From: Nitrosopumilus sp.
GTDB lineage: Archaea; Thermoproteota; Nitrososphaeria; Nitrososphaerales; Nitrosopumilaceae
Assembly: GCA_965204345.1 (NCBI GenBank)
Contig: OZ241981.1
Coordinates: 96,001-160,000, forward strand
Reading direction: 5' to 3'
Length of the DNA stretch: 64,000 nt
The stretch's first letter is position 1. Each line of letters opens with the position of its first letter. The position numbers were made by a program, and so were the translations under genes. Shown piece by piece: positions 60,698 to 64,000 of the stretch. The notes beneath the pieces were generated by a model that was not told where the DNA came from, searched no databases, and was given only the letters and a program-made list of their open reading frames with translations.

Positions 60698-61696
60698 ATG
60701 CAAATAGGAATTTACGGCTCTGATTCTACTGACAATGCTACAAAGATGATCAAAAAAATTCTAGATGATTCTGGAATCAAGTCTTTTTCCGTCACAAAAT
60801 CTAGGAACAAGCAGGCTGACTGTGTCATTGTTTTAGGCGGGGACAAGGGCGTCCGAAATTACTTTCATAGAACTTTTGATTCTACCTTGCCCGTGTTGGG
60901 AATCAACGAAGGCGAAGCCAGCGGTTTTTTGGCACAGATAGAACTGCGTGAGTTTGCAACTTATGTCAGTGTCCTAAAAAAACAAAATTACACCGTCGAA
61001 GAGGTTCCACGGTTGGGGGTAAAAATTGATGGAAAAAATGTCTATCCTGTCTTAAATGACGTGGCCGTATTTCCCTCAAAGAGTGCAATGTTGATGGAGC
61101 ATACTTTGAGAGTCAATGGTGATGAAGTATGGCATGATAACGGCGATGGGATAATCGTGTCTACCCCTATTGGTTCGTCTGCATATTCAATGTCCGTAGG
61201 CGGTCCCGTGTTATTCCAAGATTCTGCCGTCTTTGAAATTATTTCTGTCAATTCCCTTGACGTAACTAGGAGGCCAATCATCGTATCCAATGACAGCTCC
61301 ATTGAGATTGATGATATTTCTGCCCGACTGCACTGTGAAGTTATACTTGATGGATTAGATAGGTACAAAGTAAACAAAACCGTCGAGTGTACTCAATTTT
61401 CCCCTCCTGCCAAAATTATCCGGTTAAAAAAAGACACCACTGCAATTTCTGCCCTTGCTAAAAAAGTACATCTTGCAGAGGAATTGCTCAGCATGCCTCC
61501 TAGCTCCAAGCTGCTTTTGAAGACATTAGAATATGAGGGGGCATTAACTCAAAAAGATCTGGCAAATAAAACCCTCCTTCCAGACAGAACCGTCAGACTG
61601 GCACTAAGCCATCTTTTGAAGAAAGGATACGTCAAGAAGAAGGTTTCAATCAGGGATGCAAGGCAAAAAATCTATGAAATACACAAAATTGAATGA
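60698..61696 (+). CDS. NAD(+) kinase with C-terminal winged-HTH domain
   Basis: VLGGDKG, GFLA, LND, GDGIIVSTPIGSSAYSMSVGGP; C-terminal ALTQKDLA....PDRTVRLAL..L...GYV. Confidence 0.9.
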   Translation: MQIGIYGSDSTDNATKMIKKILDDSGIKSFSVTKSRNKQADCVIVLGGDKGVRNYFHRTFDSTLPVLGINEGEASGFLAQIELREFATYVSVLKKQNYTVEEVPRLGVKIDGKNVYPVLNDVAVFPSKSAMLMEHTLRVNGDEVWHDNGDGIIVSTPIGSSAYSMSVGGPVLFQDSAVFEIISVNSLDVTRRPIIVSNDSSIEIDDISARLHCEVILDGLDRYKVNKTVECTQFSPPAKIIRLKKDTTAISALAKKVHLAEELLSMPPSSKLLLKTLEYEGALTQKDLANKTLLPDRTVRLALSHLLKKGYVKKKVSIRDARQKIYEIHKIE

Positions 61697-61907
61697 TTTT
61701 TTTTAGGATTTGCCTTTTGTCATTTTGCAGCGTATAGTTTTTCATTTTCAATTGCAATGCTGACACTTGGACTTTCTTTTGACACATGCCTCCAAACAGC
61801 AATCATTTGCGCCTGCAGGCACTTTTGTTCTTTACACTGATTTGCATGTTTTAATACCATTTTTGATGCATGTGCATTCAAAGCTCCCGTTTGTGGAATT
61901 GCATTTT

Positions 61908-63575
61908 TTATCCTGCAGATTGTTTTTCAGAAGATGCCTTGATAAATGCAGCAAATGATTCTTCTGGAAATCCAGGCCTGCTGTCAAATTCCGGATGGAA
62001 CTGAACGCCTAGATAGAACCTGTGCGATGGAATTTCAAGCATCTCCATTCTTTTACCGCCGTCGCTATATGCTGAAAATATCAGTCCCTTCTCCTCAAAT
62101 TCTGGAATGTATTCCTTGTTGATCTCATATCTGTGCCTATGGCGTTTGCTTATCGTTGATGAGCTGTAAATTTTTTCTGCGTTGGTATTTTTTTTGATGA
62201 TTACGTCATTTGCACCTAATCTTAATGAGCCTCCCATGTCTGAAACATCTTCTTGTTCTGGAAGCAAACCCACAATTGGATTCTTTGTGCCTTCATTGAT
62301 CTCAGTTGAACTTGCATCCTCCAAATTCAGCACGTTTCTTCCAAACGCAATTGCGGCCAACTGAAATCCAAAGCATATTCCAAGATATGGCACATTTTTT
62401 TCACGAGCAAAATTTGCAGTTTGTATAATTCCCTCTGATCCCCTTGTACCAAACCCTCCCGGAACCAAAATTCCGTCATAACCTGCCAAAATGCCATGAT
62501 CCGTAATGGATTCAGAGTCTATCCATGTGATATCTACTGTTTTTCCTATCTGTGCCCCTGCATGTTTTAACGCATGATTTACACTTACGTAGCTGTCTGC
62601 TAGTGTGACATACTTTCCTACCATTGCAATCTTTACTCTTCCATTTTGATGATTAACCATGCTGTGGACAATTTTATTCCATCTGTCCCAATTAGCCGAC
62701 GCATTTACCATTCCAACTTTGCCAAATTTTGTAAATATTGAATCTAGTATGCCTTGATCATAAAGCATCTGAGGCACATTAAAAATTGATTTTGCATCAT
62801 GACAGGATAAAACATCTCTTGTTGTAACATTGGTAAACATCCCTATCTTTTTCTTTGTCTTTTCCTCTAATGGCAATGAGCATCTCACTGCTAGAAAATC
62901 TGGCTGAATTCCTATTCTTCTTAGTTCCTGCACGCTATGCTGAGTCGGCTTTGTCTTTTGCTCTCCTACCACCTCCAATGACGGGGCCAATGTAACATGA
63001 ACGAAAATTACATTCTCTGAGCCCTCTTCTGCCCTTATTTGTCTTAGTGCTTCTAAAAATGGCAGTGATTCGATGTCTCCTACGGTTCCGCCACATTCCA
63101 CAATCAAAAAGTCTAGGTTCTCATCTTTTGCGATATCTGATATCCTACTTTTAATTTCATCTGTAACATGAGGTATAATCTGCACACATGCCCCAAGGTA
63201 CTCTCCTTTTCTTTCTGCTTCTATGACTGAAGAGTACACCTGTGCAGTTGTAATGTTGTGATTTTTGGGAATATTCTGATTAAGAAACCTTTCATAATTT
63301 CCGATATCCATGTCACATTCTCCCCCGTCATTTGTGACAAAGACTTCACCATGTGCTACCGGATTCATAGTTCCTGCATCATAGTTAAGATACGGATCTA
63401 TTTTGATACACGATACCCTCTGATCTGCCAGTTGAAATAATTTTGCAATGGAGGATGTTGTTATGCCTTTTCCAAGGCCAGACATCACACCGCCTGTGAC
63501 AAAAATATACTTTGTCTGACTTTTTTTGACATCTTTTTTTTGCTGAGCAGATGTTTTCACGCCTAATTCACTCAT
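61908..63575 (-). CDS. pyrG: CTP synthase
   Basis: [57 protein letters not shown]. Confidence 0.97.
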   Translation of the reverse strand: MSELGVKTSAQQKKDVKKSQTKYIFVTGGVMSGLGKGITTSSIAKLFQLADQRVSCIKIDPYLNYDAGTMNPVAHGEVFVTNDGGECDMDIGNYERFLNQNIPKNHNITTAQVYSSVIEAERKGEYLGACVQIIPHVTDEIKSRISDIAKDENLDFLIVECGGTVGDIESLPFLEALRQIRAEEGSENVIFVHVTLAPSLEVVGEQKTKPTQHSVQELRRIGIQPDFLAVRCSLPLEEKTKKKIGMFTNVTTRDVLSCHDAKSIFNVPQMLYDQGILDSIFTKFGKVGMVNASANWDRWNKIVHSMVNHQNGRVKIAMVGKYVTLADSYVSVNHALKHAGAQIGKTVDITWIDSESITDHGILAGYDGILVPGGFGTRGSEGIIQTANFAREKNVPYLGICFGFQLAAIAFGRNVLNLEDASSTEINEGTKNPIVGLLPEQEDVSDMGGSLRLGANDVIIKKNTNAEKIYSSSTISKRHRHRYEINKEYIPEFEEKGLIFSAYSDGGKRMEMLEIPSHRFYLGVQFHPEFDSRPGFPEESFAAFIKASSEKQSAG

Positions 63576-64000
63576 GGATCAATTATGATGGTCTTGGCTT
63601 TTAAAATATTGCATATGCAGGTTATGTGTAATCTTTGGGTGTTTTATCAAGTTATCGGGATCTAGGCTTTATGTGCAGTTATCATTATATTTTTGTTGTA
63701 ATTACTGATATTCTTGTATTGCTTTACGATCTCCAAGTAAAGCAGACCACCTGTAGCGTGTCTTTATGTGCATTACCTGATAGCCTAAAAATTCACAATT
63801 TATTGTACCATCAGAGTATTCTTCAGCCGCTTCAGCAACAGATGCCTCCACAATTCAAATGAAAATGAGCATCACTGGTATCCTGCATGTGCAGTCAAAT
63901 CAAGTACCAGCAAAGTTCTTTTTTAGCCTTTTTTTTGATTTTCACCATGCAATACATCATATATAATAAGACCTCCAAGAAAACCAAAGAAAATAGACAG

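Noticed and set aside
60698-61696. NAD kinase-HTH fusion as a novelty
   Set aside because: I recall this fusion as common in Nitrososphaerota, and it lies in a core-gene context
61700-61907. Possible metallothionein-like peptide after pyrG
   Set aside because: The Cys codons fall in different frames with stops; no coherent ORF

Overview
Window from an ammonia-oxidising archaeon (Nitrosopumilaceae, Nitrosopumilus-like). This is inferred from archaeal TFB, PolB, Rpo6, eS25/eS26, Alba and archaeal ThrRS, the 3HP/4HB-cycle genes (split methylmalonyl-CoA mutase, MeaB, epimerase) and thaumarchaeal-type secreted-protein modules. Intact housekeeping blocks alternate with accessory regions containing frameshifted or decayed genes, a serpin remnant and dispersed MITE-like repeats; this is compatible with, but does not prove, a host-associated (e.g. 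sponge symbiont) lineage. The main feature is a 12.4-kb locus at 35.3-47.7 kb. A ~1.92-kb unit is tandemly triplicated, giving three copies of a secreted protein with a near-identical framework, discrete hypervariable segments and a PepSY-like C-terminus. These alternate with two signal-peptide-plus-prodomain-only genes. The array ends in a 1674-aa HYR/FN3 surface protein whose metzincin domain has all four zinc/catalytic residues replaced (HExxHxxGxxH reads NAIGRMHGAGY, each codon one base from His/Glu). A translationally coupled HYR/FN3 paralog follows. My inference is a diversifying secreted protease-inhibitor/decoy (or ligand-binding) system. No rRNA, tRNA, transposase or true CRISPR array was recognised. 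All family assignments are by eye, with no database search.
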